Shown piece after piece: positions 1-9,624 of a DNA stretch of 64,000 bases (its first letter is position 1; the number at the start of each line of letters is the position of its first letter). Below the pieces are notes generated by a model. The model was not told the DNA's origin and did no database searches. It was given only the letters and a program-made list of their open reading frames with translations. Position numbers and translations under genes: made by a program. This DNA comes from an uncultured Ignavibacteriota bacterium (GTDB lineage Bacteria > Bacteroidota > Ignavibacteria > UBA10030 > UBA8401), in NCBI GenBank assembly GCA_903958625.1, contig CAJBTU010000072.1:4682-68681 (forward strand), in the 5' to 3' direction.

Positions 1-1
1 C

Positions 2-1075
2 GTTGTGGGAAGACAAATACGGGCGTTGAATCTCTTGCAGACAATTGCCGATATGGGTTTTGATTTTGGGTTGGACTCGGATTCATCCTTTATGCCTCTC
101 TGGAAGCAAAGCAAATTCAAACAACTTGTTCAAAAGGCAAAGAGCGGCACAACAAAGATCGCCAGCAACTACGTGTTTTCGCTGCAGGAATCCGATCTGA
201 TACCGGAAGGAATCACCTATGATCCGCGTCAGCAAAAATTTTTTGTGAGCAGTATCTATAAACGGAAGGTCCTGGCGGTCAACACCGACGGAACGGCATC
301 GGATTTCGTTGGTGAGGCACAGTATGGATTGTTCAGCACCGTTGGTCTTAAAGTCGATGCGGCACGCAATCACCTTTGGGTACTCGGCATTATCAACAAG
401 CCGAAGCCGCGCACTTTTACCAAGGAAGAGCTGGGCACTTCCGCCGTTTATCAATTCGATCTCGAGACAAAAGCGCTGATCAATAAATATACGATGAGCG
501 ATACGCTGCAGCATCTTTTTAACGATCTGGTGATCGTCAACGGGAGCGTGTATTTTACGGACAGCCGACAGCGCTGCGTCTACAAGGTGAATCCCGCAAC
601 AAAAACTATCGATTCCTTTTACGGAAATCCCTGGCTTTATTTTCCCAACGGTATCACCGCCTCGGCGGATCAACAATATCTATTCATCGCAAGCTGGGCC
701 GGTATTCTTCGGCTGTCGCTTGCCGATACGACGGCGCTCATTCTTCAATCAAAAGTCGTGACAACATTATCCGGCATAGACGGACTCTATTTTTATGAGA
801 ATAGTTTAATCGCCGTACAAAACAGCGCCGGACCGCAATCGCGCATTATGAAGTTTGAATTGAGCAAAAAAATGGATGAGGTAACGAATGCAACGGTTCT
901 GGAATCGCAGAATCCGTTATATAACATACCGACAACCGGAACGATCATCGACGATGAATTGTATTTCATCGCCAACAGCCAGCTGCAGAACTTCGATGAG
1001 CAGGGAAACATCTTTCCCTCGGACAAAATGCAGCCGACGTATATTTTGAAAGTGAAGCTGAATCCAAAAGAATAG
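2..1075 (+). CDS. SMP-30/gluconolactonase-like beta-propeller protein, 5'-truncated by the window edge
   Basis: The frame is open from base 2. Propeller-blade motifs IPEGITYD, FNDLVI, VYFTDS, FPNGITAS and IDGLYFY are present. Confidence 0.7.
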   Translation, partial: VVGRQIRALNLLQTIADMGFDFGLDSDSSFMPLWKQSKFKQLVQKAKSGTTKIASNYVFSLQESDLIPEGITYDPRQQKFFVSSIYKRKVLAVNTDGTASDFVGEAQYGLFSTVGLKVDAARNHLWVLGIINKPKPRTFTKEELGTSAVYQFDLETKALINKYTMSDTLQHLFNDLVIVNGSVYFTDSRQRCVYKVNPATKTIDSFYGNPWLYFPNGITASADQQYLFIASWAGILRLSLADTTALILQSKVVTTLSGIDGLYFYENSLIAVQNSAGPQSRIMKFELSKKMDEVTNATVLESQNPLYNIPTTGTIIDDELYFIANSQLQNFDEQGNIFPSDKMQPTYILKVKLNPKE

Positions 1076-1102
1076 AAATTTTTGTTTCGGTTACGCCACA
1101 AT

Positions 1103-1143
1103 AAAAATTCCCCGGCGCATTAACGGTACCGGGGATTTTTTTT
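1103..1143. terminator. Bidirectional intrinsic terminator
   Basis: The inverted repeat AAAAATTCCCCGG...CCGGGGATTTTTTTT lies between convergent genes. Confidence 0.75.
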
Positions 1144-1160
1144 GTCTCGTCCAAAAACAT

Positions 1161-1982
1161 TTATTGATTATCGACGACTCTTTCGATTGATGATTGAATA
1201 TTTGGTGCCACATTTTTAAACAAATCATATCCGGTCAGCACTTCTACCGAGTCAACACTCACACGGAATATTTTCCAGTCATCATTTTTTCCAATGAATG
1301 CGTTGTTGTTCGGCATAACAACGGCAATGGTTCGCGTTGATGGGGTGATCCTTAACAGGTCATGCTCGCCTGCGTCAAGGACGAGGATCGTTTTCCATGT
1401 CTTTTCCGGAATTTGAACTCTTCCGCTGTCAAGAAATCCCTGTGAACCAATTCCGCCGCAGTAGATATAGAGTTCTTTTCCCTGTTTCACCAGATCGCGG
1501 CAATAGATCTCCAGCGCGGCCCATGGACCCTGATTATTGTTCGGCGCCTGAGGAATCATATTCGTCATCAGAAATGTGGCAGAATTATCGGTCGGCGTAT
1601 TTGTCCTGTCGGCGGAAGGACACAGGTGTCCGCGGTCGAAACCGGTGCCGCGGTAACTTCCTTCGCGAATGCGGTACCATTTTTCGGGAAGCGTGCTGTC
1701 GGGACGGAAATGATTGCTGCGTCTTATCCCGCCAAGCCACGTGCTGTCCGTATGCCATGCCACCCAATTCGGAATTCCCAAAAAACGGTTGTACGAATGA
1801 ACATATTGATGTTTCGCCATCAAATAATTTCCGGGTATGCCGATGTTTGCGGCGGCGTTGTTCGGATTACCCATGGCGAGATGTTCTGTAACATAGGCGG
1901 AATCGTTTTGAGCATGTCCGCAAATGCAGAAAAGTAACTGCATAAAATAAATCGTTGCGAAGCGTGTTTTTCTTTTCATCAT
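1161..1982 (-). CDS. Secreted DNA/RNA non-specific endonuclease (NucA/Serratia nuclease family)
   Basis: Active-site motif DRGHLCPS and TNMIPQAPNNNQGPW are present, with a signal-peptide-like N-terminus. The start was moved to ATG 1982, which forms an ATGA overlap with the upstream stop. Confidence 0.9.
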   Translation of the reverse strand: MMKRKTRFATIYFMQLLFCICGHAQNDSAYVTEHLAMGNPNNAAANIGIPGNYLMAKHQYVHSYNRFLGIPNWVAWHTDSTWLGGIRRSNHFRPDSTLPEKWYRIREGSYRGTGFDRGHLCPSADRTNTPTDNSATFLMTNMIPQAPNNNQGPWAALEIYCRDLVKQGKELYIYCGGIGSQGFLDSGRVQIPEKTWKTILVLDAGEHDLLRITPSTRTIAVVMPNNNAFIGKNDDWKIFRVSVDSVEVLTGYDLFKNVAPNIQSSIERVVDNQ

Positions 1983-2536
1983 TTCTGTTCGCTCTCTTCC
2001 GTTTCGTTTTCGTACACAAAACATCCCGCGTTTTCGGGATGATCCTCGACCATTGCGTTCCATGGCACCGTTCGAATAAGCCAGACGATCAAAAAATCCC
2101 CTACCGCTGCGAATGTAAAAAGAACTCCAAAGAGGAGGATCCAACCGTTACCGTTCGCAATTGAAACAAGAAATGGGCCGAATCCCAGCACTATGACAGG
2201 CATCATCGTTCCAATCACATATGCGCTCTTTGGGACCGGAACGGTACAATGAGCGTACGGTGTTAATGTCTTTACCTGAAATCCAAATTTCATTTCTTTG
2301 AATGAAAGTTTCCCGGCGAACATCCACGCCAATCCATGGATTAATTCATGGAGAACGATGCCTACAATAAAGATTGGAAAGAAATACCACGGCAGAAGAA
2401 TGTCGCCGGCCGATTTCACCGGCTCAAATCCCCATACGGCCGCAAAGAGAAAAAATTCTGCAACCGCAAAAAGCCCGAACGGCAGGGATGCCGATTGTGC
2501 TTTGAGCATTGGGATGGAATGATCAGATTTATTCAA
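1979..2536 (-). CDS. DUF3267-like membrane protein with HExxH zincin motif
   Basis: VLHELIHG motif, PYAHC, AVGDF and several hydrophobic helices. The start (TTG) is uncertain. Confidence 0.7.
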   Translation of the reverse strand: MNKSDHSIPMLKAQSASLPFGLFAVAEFFLFAAVWGFEPVKSAGDILLPWYFFPIFIVGIVLHELIHGLAWMFAGKLSFKEMKFGFQVKTLTPYAHCTVPVPKSAYVIGTMMPVIVLGFGPFLVSIANGNGWILLFGVLFTFAAVGDFLIVWLIRTVPWNAMVEDHPENAGCFVYENETEESEQK

Positions 2537-2584
2537 AGATGTTCGTCGACGGGATGATAAAAACTGACACTGGCCGCATGGTTC

Positions 2585-3733
2585 TTACACTTTTACAAAC
2601 CATTTCTTCCTATACATCACCCAGACAACAAGATACATCATGCTCACCCAAACAATGGCATGCATCAGCGATGCATTCAGCGGGGAAAAATACGGTTCAA
2701 AAAGATTTTGAACCATAATGGTTTTGATCGAAACGTCTTTGAATGTGCCGTCGCTCAACTGTACATTGAATTTCCACAAGCCCATCGTGCGGGCTGCAAC
2801 CCCGGAAAGGACAAAGACAAAGATAGCGTTCATGCCGTACACAACAAACGGATGCGCCCATTTTTTAATTCCTTTTGCATCGATCAGGAAATAGAAAATA
2901 CCGAAGATGCAGAGCGCCCATCCGGCCATAAAGATGGAATACGACACCGTCCAGAGACTTTTGTTGATCGGCATCCACATATCCAACACCGCGCCAAGGA
3001 GCAGAAGTCCGGCGCCGAAGACGAACATCCAGACCGATTTTTCCATTTTGTCATGCGGTGAGTTTCTAAGATAATCTCCCAGAATTGCACCAAACAACGT
3101 CGTGGCGATTGCGGGAATCGTGCTGATGATTCCTTCCGGGTCCCACGTTTTTGTTGCGCTCCACATATGTCCTGTAAGCAATATCGAGTCGATATATGCG
3201 GCAAAATTCTTTCCCTTTTCAAACAAACCTGCTCCAAACTCCGGGATCGGAATGTAGAACATCATCAGCCAGTAAGAGATAAACAGTGCGCCAATCGCAA
3301 AGATTTGTCCGCGCATCGATGTTTTAAGATAGATCACCGATGCAATAAGATAACAGAGGGCGATCCTCTGCAATACGCCGGGTATTCTAATTGCGTCCCA
3401 GCTGAAATTATGACCCCACAACAATCCAAAGGGAAATCCGGCAAGAAACAGTCCAAGAGCAAAGATGATGGCTGAACGCCGCAGAACATTGAGCAATAAT
3501 TTAGTGTCGTTGTCCCCTTTCGACCGCCGCACGGCGAACGAAAAAGTCATCGAGACACCGACGATCCAGAGAAAGAACGGGAAAATAAAATCGGTGAATG
3601 TCCAGCCATTCCATGAGGCATGTTCCAGCTGCGGATAGATATTTCCCCACGAACCGGGGTTGTTGACGAGAATCATTCCGGCAATGGTGAATCCGCGGAA
3701 TGCGTCGAGTGATGTGAGGCGTTCTGGTTTCAT
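2585..3733 (-). CDS. HGSNAT/NagX-like membrane acyltransferase (DUF5009/DUF1624)
   Basis: Motifs RLTSLDAFRGFTIAGMILVNNPG, HASWNG, RIPGVLQRIA, DPEG and PINKSLWT. Start placed at ATG 3733. Confidence 0.85.
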   Translation of the reverse strand: MKPERLTSLDAFRGFTIAGMILVNNPGSWGNIYPQLEHASWNGWTFTDFIFPFFLWIVGVSMTFSFAVRRSKGDNDTKLLLNVLRRSAIIFALGLFLAGFPFGLLWGHNFSWDAIRIPGVLQRIALCYLIASVIYLKTSMRGQIFAIGALFISYWLMMFYIPIPEFGAGLFEKGKNFAAYIDSILLTGHMWSATKTWDPEGIISTIPAIATTLFGAILGDYLRNSPHDKMEKSVWMFVFGAGLLLLGAVLDMWMPINKSLWTVSYSIFMAGWALCIFGIFYFLIDAKGIKKWAHPFVVYGMNAIFVFVLSGVAARTMGLWKFNVQLSDGTFKDVSIKTIMVQNLFEPYFSPLNASLMHAIVWVSMMYLVVWVMYRKKWFVKV

Positions 3734-3737
3734 AGAG

Positions 3738-5087
3738 TTATTTAACGATAAAAAGTTTGTACCCGAATTTCGGCAATGTGATCTTTTCCGCGTTTTTGTA
3801 TGATGCCTGTTTTCCGGTGAAAGCATTCGTCAGTTTCGCCGAGGAATACTTCTGCGGAAGTTCAAGCCGTGCCGTGCATTCATTGTTCGAAAAATTGAGT
3901 GCGACAAGAACGGTATTCTTTCCGTCAGTGCGGATAAATGTATACACCTGGTCAGCCATATTGTTCTTCACGTTTTGATATTCTCCGACGGCAAGCGACG
4001 GATTACTTTTGCGGATGGCATAGAGCTTTGCATAAAATTCGCGGAATTCTTTTCCCTTCGTCCAATCAATTTCGAATTTCTCGAATAGTCCTAATTTCTT
4101 GTCGTTGGCAGCTTCTTGTCCGTTGTAAAGAAGAGGGGCGCCGGGGATGGTGTTCACAAGGACTGCCGCCAGAAATGCCCCGTTGATGCCGAATTTTTCC
4201 ACATCGGGTCTGTCCCACGCATTCTCGTCGTGATTGGAGCTGAAGCGCATCCGGATGCTTCCTTTCGGATATGCCGATGCTTCGCGGGTAAGCACGGCAT
4301 CGAATTCGGAAGCCGGCTTTTCACCTTTCAACACCATCGCCATGGAACCATACATATTCCACGAATACGTAAGATCGAACGCTTTCAGATGATGTTCCGG
4401 ATACTGTCCTTCGGACAGCATAATGACCGGTCTGATCGAATCGAGGGCCGCACGCGCCTCATTCCAAAATTCGGTCGGGACCATTTCGGCTACGTCGCAA
4501 CGAAATCCGTCAAGACCAACATCCCGCACCCAATATTTCAGCATGTCAATCATATACCGGCGAAGTTCCGCATTATTATAGTTCAGGTCAACAACATCGG
4601 ACCAATCGGCAACCGGCGGCACGAATTTTCCTGTTGAATCTTTTGTAAACCATTCGGGATGTTCCGTGAACATCTTGCTGTCCCATGATGTATGGTTCGC
4701 CACAAGATCGATAATGATCTTCAATCCCTGTTCGTGCGATTTCTTCACCAGACGTTTGAAGTCGTCAAGATTTCCGAATTCAGGATTGATGCCGTAGTAA
4801 TCCTTCACCGAGTACGGCGAACCAACGGTCCCCTTTCGTTTTTCTTCGCCGACGGGATGGATCGGCATCAGCCAGAGAATTGTTACGCCAAGCTGTTTCA
4901 ATTCGGGAAGTTTCTTTTCCACTCCTTCAAAATTTCCCTCTTTGGAAAAAGCGCGTGTGTAAACCTCATAGATGATTCCCTTTTTCACCCAATCTTCCGA
5001 CTGCCGAGCAGATTCGACGGCCAACGAAGATGGCTGCTGAGAAAAGAGAAATGATGAAACGATACAGAGAAGAACAATATTTTTCAT
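3738..5087 (-). CDS. Secreted GH13 alpha-amylase-family glycosidase
   Basis: GH13 regions DLVANH, GFRCDVA, LSEG and NHDE. The signal peptide begins MKNIVLL at ATG 5087. Confidence 0.9.
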   Translation of the reverse strand: MKNIVLLCIVSSFLFSQQPSSLAVESARQSEDWVKKGIIYEVYTRAFSKEGNFEGVEKKLPELKQLGVTILWLMPIHPVGEEKRKGTVGSPYSVKDYYGINPEFGNLDDFKRLVKKSHEQGLKIIIDLVANHTSWDSKMFTEHPEWFTKDSTGKFVPPVADWSDVVDLNYNNAELRRYMIDMLKYWVRDVGLDGFRCDVAEMVPTEFWNEARAALDSIRPVIMLSEGQYPEHHLKAFDLTYSWNMYGSMAMVLKGEKPASEFDAVLTREASAYPKGSIRMRFSSNHDENAWDRPDVEKFGINGAFLAAVLVNTIPGAPLLYNGQEAANDKKLGLFEKFEIDWTKGKEFREFYAKLYAIRKSNPSLAVGEYQNVKNNMADQVYTFIRTDGKNTVLVALNFSNNECTARLELPQKYSSAKLTNAFTGKQASYKNAEKITLPKFGYKLFIVK

Positions 5088-5276
5088 AAAAACCATGCAT
5101 TGATAAAGAAATGTCGGTGAAAAGTAGCGAAAGAAATTTCCCAAAGCAACGAGAGACCATTGTTAATTATTGCTGACCGATGGAGTTTTATTTCCTCTTT
5201 CACTCTATAATAGAATAGTAGTATATTATATGTATCAGCATTTCGGCTGTTTACATTGAATTTATTTTACCCTGTT

Positions 5277-6329
5277 ATGAAAAAATTATCTTCATCCCTA
5301 TTGCCGGCTTTCCTCTTCTGTTTCTCTGTGATCTTTTCCTCCTGCAGTACTCGTTCCGAGGAAAATACTCCAAAACAAGGGGCACAGGGGAGCATGCTTA
5401 CGGTAACCGGCGTTGTGATTAAACCGGAAGCGTTGGAAAATATTGTCCGTTCTTCCGGTACCGTGCTTGCCTCTGAGTCGGTCGATCTTGTCACCGAAGC
5501 CGCGGGAAGAATCGAAAAGATCACCTTCAAAGAAGGATCGCATGTCGTTAAAAACACGCTGCTACTGAAGATCAATGATGACGATCTGCGCGCACAACTG
5601 AAAAAGACCGAATTGCAGATACAGCTTGCCTCGGAGCAGGAAAAACGGCAAAAACAACTGTATGAGATCAATGGAATCAGCAAGGAACAGTATGACATTG
5701 CCCTGAACCAGGTGAATACGCTTAAAGCAGACCATGAAAATCTTATCGCCTCCATCCGCAAACGGGAGATCCGCGCGCCGTTCGACGGAATCATCGGTCT
5801 GCGGTATATCAGCGAAGGGGGATATGTCTCTCAAACGACAAGGATCGCCTCCATTCAAAAAATCAATCCATTAAAAGTGGATTTTTCAATCCCTGAAAAA
5901 TATTCGGATGATGTTGCTGTCGGCGATATTGTTGAATTCAGCAGTGATGAAACAAAGCTGCGGTTCACCGGAAAATTATATGCGATCGAACCAAAGATCG
6001 ATCCCGTGACTCGCACGCTGCAGCTGCGCGCTCTGTGCGACAATAAAAACGAAAAGATCTTCCCCGGTGCCTATGTTCAAATTGAATTGCGGTTGAAAAA
6101 TATTGCCGATGCGTTAATGGTCCCATCGCAGGCCATTATCCCCGTCTTAAAAGGTCAAACGATCCTGGTTAAACGTAAGGGAGTCGTTGTTTCTCTTCCG
6201 GTAAGAACGGGGATCCGGACCGCATCACTTGTGCAAATACTTGACGGGATCTCTGCGGGCGATACGGTTCTTACAACCGGACTAATGCAGGCGCGCCCGG
6301 GAATGCCGGTCACAGTAGTTGTTAAATAA
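5277..6329 (+). CDS. RND efflux periplasmic adaptor (MFP), lipoprotein
   Basis: Lipobox-like FSSC, IRAPFDGIIG and IDPVTRT motifs. It lies directly upstream of an RND permease. Confidence 0.9.
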   Translation: MKKLSSSLLPAFLFCFSVIFSSCSTRSEENTPKQGAQGSMLTVTGVVIKPEALENIVRSSGTVLASESVDLVTEAAGRIEKITFKEGSHVVKNTLLLKINDDDLRAQLKKTELQIQLASEQEKRQKQLYEINGISKEQYDIALNQVNTLKADHENLIASIRKREIRAPFDGIIGLRYISEGGYVSQTTRIASIQKINPLKVDFSIPEKYSDDVAVGDIVEFSSDETKLRFTGKLYAIEPKIDPVTRTLQLRALCDNKNEKIFPGAYVQIELRLKNIADALMVPSQAIIPVLKGQTILVKRKGVVVSLPVRTGIRTASLVQILDGISAGDTVLTTGLMQARPGMPVTVVVK

Positions 6330-6362
6330 AAAAATTAACAGTTTCATGTTTTGTAGTGTATC

Positions 6363-9300
6363 ATGAGTTTAGCCTCCATAAGCATAAAGCGTCCCGTTCT
6401 GGCGATCGTCATGTCGTTGACGATCATTCTCTTCGGGATCATCAGTTTTCAATTCCTGGGTGTGCGTGAATATCCGGCGATCGATCCGCCGATTATCTCC
6501 GTCCGGACGAGCTACGTTGGTGCAAATGCCGATGTCATTGAATCACAGATCACCGAACCGCTGGAAAAAGCGATCAACGGCATTGCCGGTGTGCGTAACA
6601 TTTCGTCGAGCAGCAGTCAGGGATCAAGCAATATCACCGTTGAATTCAATCTGGATGCAAATCTCGAGGCGGCGGCAAACGATGTCCGCGACAAGGTCTC
6701 GGGTGCCACGCGGCAGCTGCCGCAGGATATCGATTCGCCCCCCGTTGTCACCAAGAGCGATGCAAATTCCGATGCGATCATTTCCCTCACCATTCAAAGC
6801 AATACCAAGAATATTCTTGAGCTGAGCGATTTTGCTGAAAATGTTGTCGCCCAGAATCTGCAGACCATACCCGGCGTAAGTTCAACACAGATCTGGGGAC
6901 AAAAACGGTATGCAATGCGCATCTGGATGGATCCGGCGCGGTTTGCTGCATACGGATTGACACCGCTTGATGTGAAAAATGCGCTCAGCAAAGAGAATGT
7001 TGAGCTTCCTTCGGGAAAGATCGCCGGAACACAGACCGAACTCATCGTCAATACGAAAGGACGATTGAAAACCGTTGAGGATTTCAATAATCTGATCGTC
7101 AAATCCGACGGCACAAAGACCGTCCGGTTAAGCGACGTCGGCTATGCTAATCTCGGCCCGGAGAATGAGGAAACGGTATTGAAAATATCGGGCACGCCGA
7201 TGGTTGGCGTTGCGATCGTTCCGCAGCCCGGCAGCAATTATGTGGAAATTGCCGACGCCTTCTACAAGCGAATTGAACAGATCAAGAAGGACCTTCCGGC
7301 CGACTTCAAGCTCGACATTGCAATGGACAATACGCGCTTCATCACGCAATCGATCTCCGAGGTCCGGGAGACGATCTTCATCGCGATCCTGCTGGTTATC
7401 CTTATCATTTATCTCTTCTTCCGCGATTGGCTTATTGCATTCCGTCCGCTGATCGATATTCCGGTATCGTTGATCGGCGCGTTCTTTATCATGTACATCA
7501 TGGGATACTCGATCAACGTGCTGACACTTCTCGCCATTGTGCTTGCAACAGGTCTTGTGGTTGATGACGGCATTGTCGTCACGGAAAACATCTTCAAAAA
7601 AGTGGAATCGGGATTTCATCCGCTTGATGCTGCCTTTGCGGGGTCAAAAGAGATCTTCTTTGTGGTCATCTCCACTTCCATTACGCTTGCCGCAGTTTTC
7701 CTTCCTGTAATTTTTTTGCAGGGATTCGTCGGACGGCTCTTCCGCGAGTTCGGTGTTGTTATTGCCGGTGCCGTGATGATCTCTGCCTTTGTCTCGCTTT
7801 CGCTCACTCCAATGCTCAACGCGCGAATGATCCGTAAAAAGCACAAGCACAGCAGATTCTACGAAGCGACCGAACCATATTTTGTAAGAATGAATCTTTT
7901 CTATGAGAGGATGCTGACACGGTTTATGAGGCGCCGCTGGATCGCCACGGTGATCATTGCCTGTTCGTTAATCTTCATTGCGCTGATTGGAACGATCCTG
8001 CAGTCAGAACTGGCGCCGCTCGATGACCGTTCATTTCTCCGTCTTTCCGTAACGGCTCCCGAGGGTGCATCGTTTGAATATACCGACGCCTTCATGGAAA
8101 AACTGAACACCTTCGTCACGGACTCCATTCCGGAAAAAAGAATACTGCTGACTATTACCGCTCCGGGATTCAGCGGTTCGGGCGCCGTCAACACCGGTTC
8201 GGCACGACTGATGCTGACCGATGTTACAAGCCGACAGCGTACTCAGCAACAAATTGCAGAGTACGTTACGGCCAAGACCCGGCGCATGACGGAAGCCCGC
8301 GTGTTTGTCCTGCAGGAGCAGACCGTTTCTGCCGGCGGCGGCGGCGCACGCGGCGGACTTCCCGTACAGTATGTTCTTCAAAATCAGGATTTTGAAAAGC
8401 TGCGCCAGTTTGTTCCGCAATTTCTTGAAGAGGTGAACAAGAGCAGTGTGTTCCTGGGTTCCGATGTGAATTTGAAATTCAATAAACCGCAGATCGATCT
8501 TTCCATCGACCGTGACCGTGCGCGAAGCCTCGGTGTTTCCGTTATCGATATCGCACAGACATTACAATTGGCCTTCAGCGGTCAGCGATTCTCGTATTTT
8601 GAGATGAACGGTTTTCAATATCAGGTGATCGGACAGGTGAACCGTTCGGACCGCGATGAACCGCTCGATCTCACATCGCTCTACGTGAGGAATAATACTG
8701 GACAATTGATACAGCTCGACAATCTTATTTCGCTGCGCGAGCAAAGTGCACCGCCGCAACTGTACCACTTCAACCGGTTTAAGGCGGCTACTGTTTCTGC
8801 CGGACTTGCGCCGGGAAAAACCATTGGTGATGGTATCGCAGAAATGAACCGCATTGCAAAGGTGATTCTGGATGATTCGTTTACCACGGCGCTCAGCGGA
8901 CCTTCGCGCGATTATTCCGAAAGTTCGTCGAATATTTTCTTTGCGTTCATCCTTGCGCTTGTTTTAATCTATCTTGTTCTCGCCGCACAATTTGAAAGTT
9001 TCATCGATCCGTTTACCATTATGCTTACCGTTCCGCTTGCACTGTCGGGAGCCCTCCTTTCGCTCTGGGTATTCGGTAAAACACTGAATATCTTCAGTGA
9101 AATCGGCATCATCATGCTGATCGGACTGGTAACAAAGAACGGAATTTTGATCGTAGAGTTTGCCAATCAGCAGAAAGAAAAAGGACGAAAACTGCTCGAT
9201 GCAGCACAATACGCAGCCGTTGCGCGGTTCCGCCCCATTTTAATGACGAGCCTTGCAACCATGCTCGGTGCACTTCCCATTGCGCTTGCTCTCGGTGGAA

Positions 9301-9464
9301 GTGCAAAAAGCCGAGTATCGATGGGCATAGTGGTTATCGGAGGATTATTCTTCTCGCTGGTGTTGACACTCTTCGTTATACCGGCTATGTATACGTTCTT
9401 TTCAAAAGAACATAAACCAATCGAAGTTACGGCACCGGAAAGCGCCGTCATTAGCGAAAGTTAA
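6363..9464 (+). CDS. RND efflux permease (AcrB/HAE1 family)
   Basis: 1033 aa with GLVVDDGIVVTEN, GLVTKNGILIVEFA and RFRPILMT motifs. Confidence 0.95.
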   Translation: MSLASISIKRPVLAIVMSLTIILFGIISFQFLGVREYPAIDPPIISVRTSYVGANADVIESQITEPLEKAINGIAGVRNISSSSSQGSSNITVEFNLDANLEAAANDVRDKVSGATRQLPQDIDSPPVVTKSDANSDAIISLTIQSNTKNILELSDFAENVVAQNLQTIPGVSSTQIWGQKRYAMRIWMDPARFAAYGLTPLDVKNALSKENVELPSGKIAGTQTELIVNTKGRLKTVEDFNNLIVKSDGTKTVRLSDVGYANLGPENEETVLKISGTPMVGVAIVPQPGSNYVEIADAFYKRIEQIKKDLPADFKLDIAMDNTRFITQSISEVRETIFIAILLVILIIYLFFRDWLIAFRPLIDIPVSLIGAFFIMYIMGYSINVLTLLAIVLATGLVVDDGIVVTENIFKKVESGFHPLDAAFAGSKEIFFVVISTSITLAAVFLPVIFLQGFVGRLFREFGVVIAGAVMISAFVSLSLTPMLNARMIRKKHKHSRFYEATEPYFVRMNLFYERMLTRFMRRRWIATVIIACSLIFIALIGTILQSELAPLDDRSFLRLSVTAPEGASFEYTDAFMEKLNTFVTDSIPEKRILLTITAPGFSGSGAVNTGSARLMLTDVTSRQRTQQQIAEYVTAKTRRMTEARVFVLQEQTVSAGGGGARGGLPVQYVLQNQDFEKLRQFVPQFLEEVNKSSVFLGSDVNLKFNKPQIDLSIDRDRARSLGVSVIDIAQTLQLAFSGQRFSYFEMNGFQYQVIGQVNRSDRDEPLDLTSLYVRNNTGQLIQLDNLISLREQSAPPQLYHFNRFKAATVSAGLAPGKTIGDGIAEMNRIAKVILDDSFTTALSGPSRDYSESSSNIFFAFILALVLIYLVLAAQFESFIDPFTIMLTVPLALSGALLSLWVFGKTLNIFSEIGIIMLIGLVTKNGILIVEFANQQKEKGRKLLDAAQYAAVARFRPILMTSLATMLGALPIALALGGSAKSRVSMGIVVIGGLFFSLVLTLFVIPAMYTFFSKEHKPIEVTAPESAVISES

Positions 9465-9565
9465 TTATCTCTGGAAGAAGAAAATATATTTTCTTTGCCG
9501 GTAAAATAATCGTGTTGAGAAATTGAATTGTTGTTTGAAGTATGCGAACCCTGGTTGTCTGTTTT

Positions 9566-9598
9566 TAAAATACAAAACGCGAACTCTCGTCCGCGTTT
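9566..9598 (-). terminator. Intrinsic terminator of the helicase gene
   Basis: Minus strand reads AAACGCGGAC-GAGA-GTTCGCGTTT-TGTATTTT, a stem with a GNRA loop and a U-rich tail. Confidence 0.65.
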
Positions 9599-9624
9599 GA
9601 ATAACATCTTTCCATTATTTTCTT

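Noticed and set aside
2529..2579. Short ORF MRPVSVFIIPSTNIFE just upstream of the DUF3267 gene, suggesting a frameshifted N-terminus
   Set aside because: The downstream TTG-started ORF already looks complete, and I see no slippery site or homology evidence.
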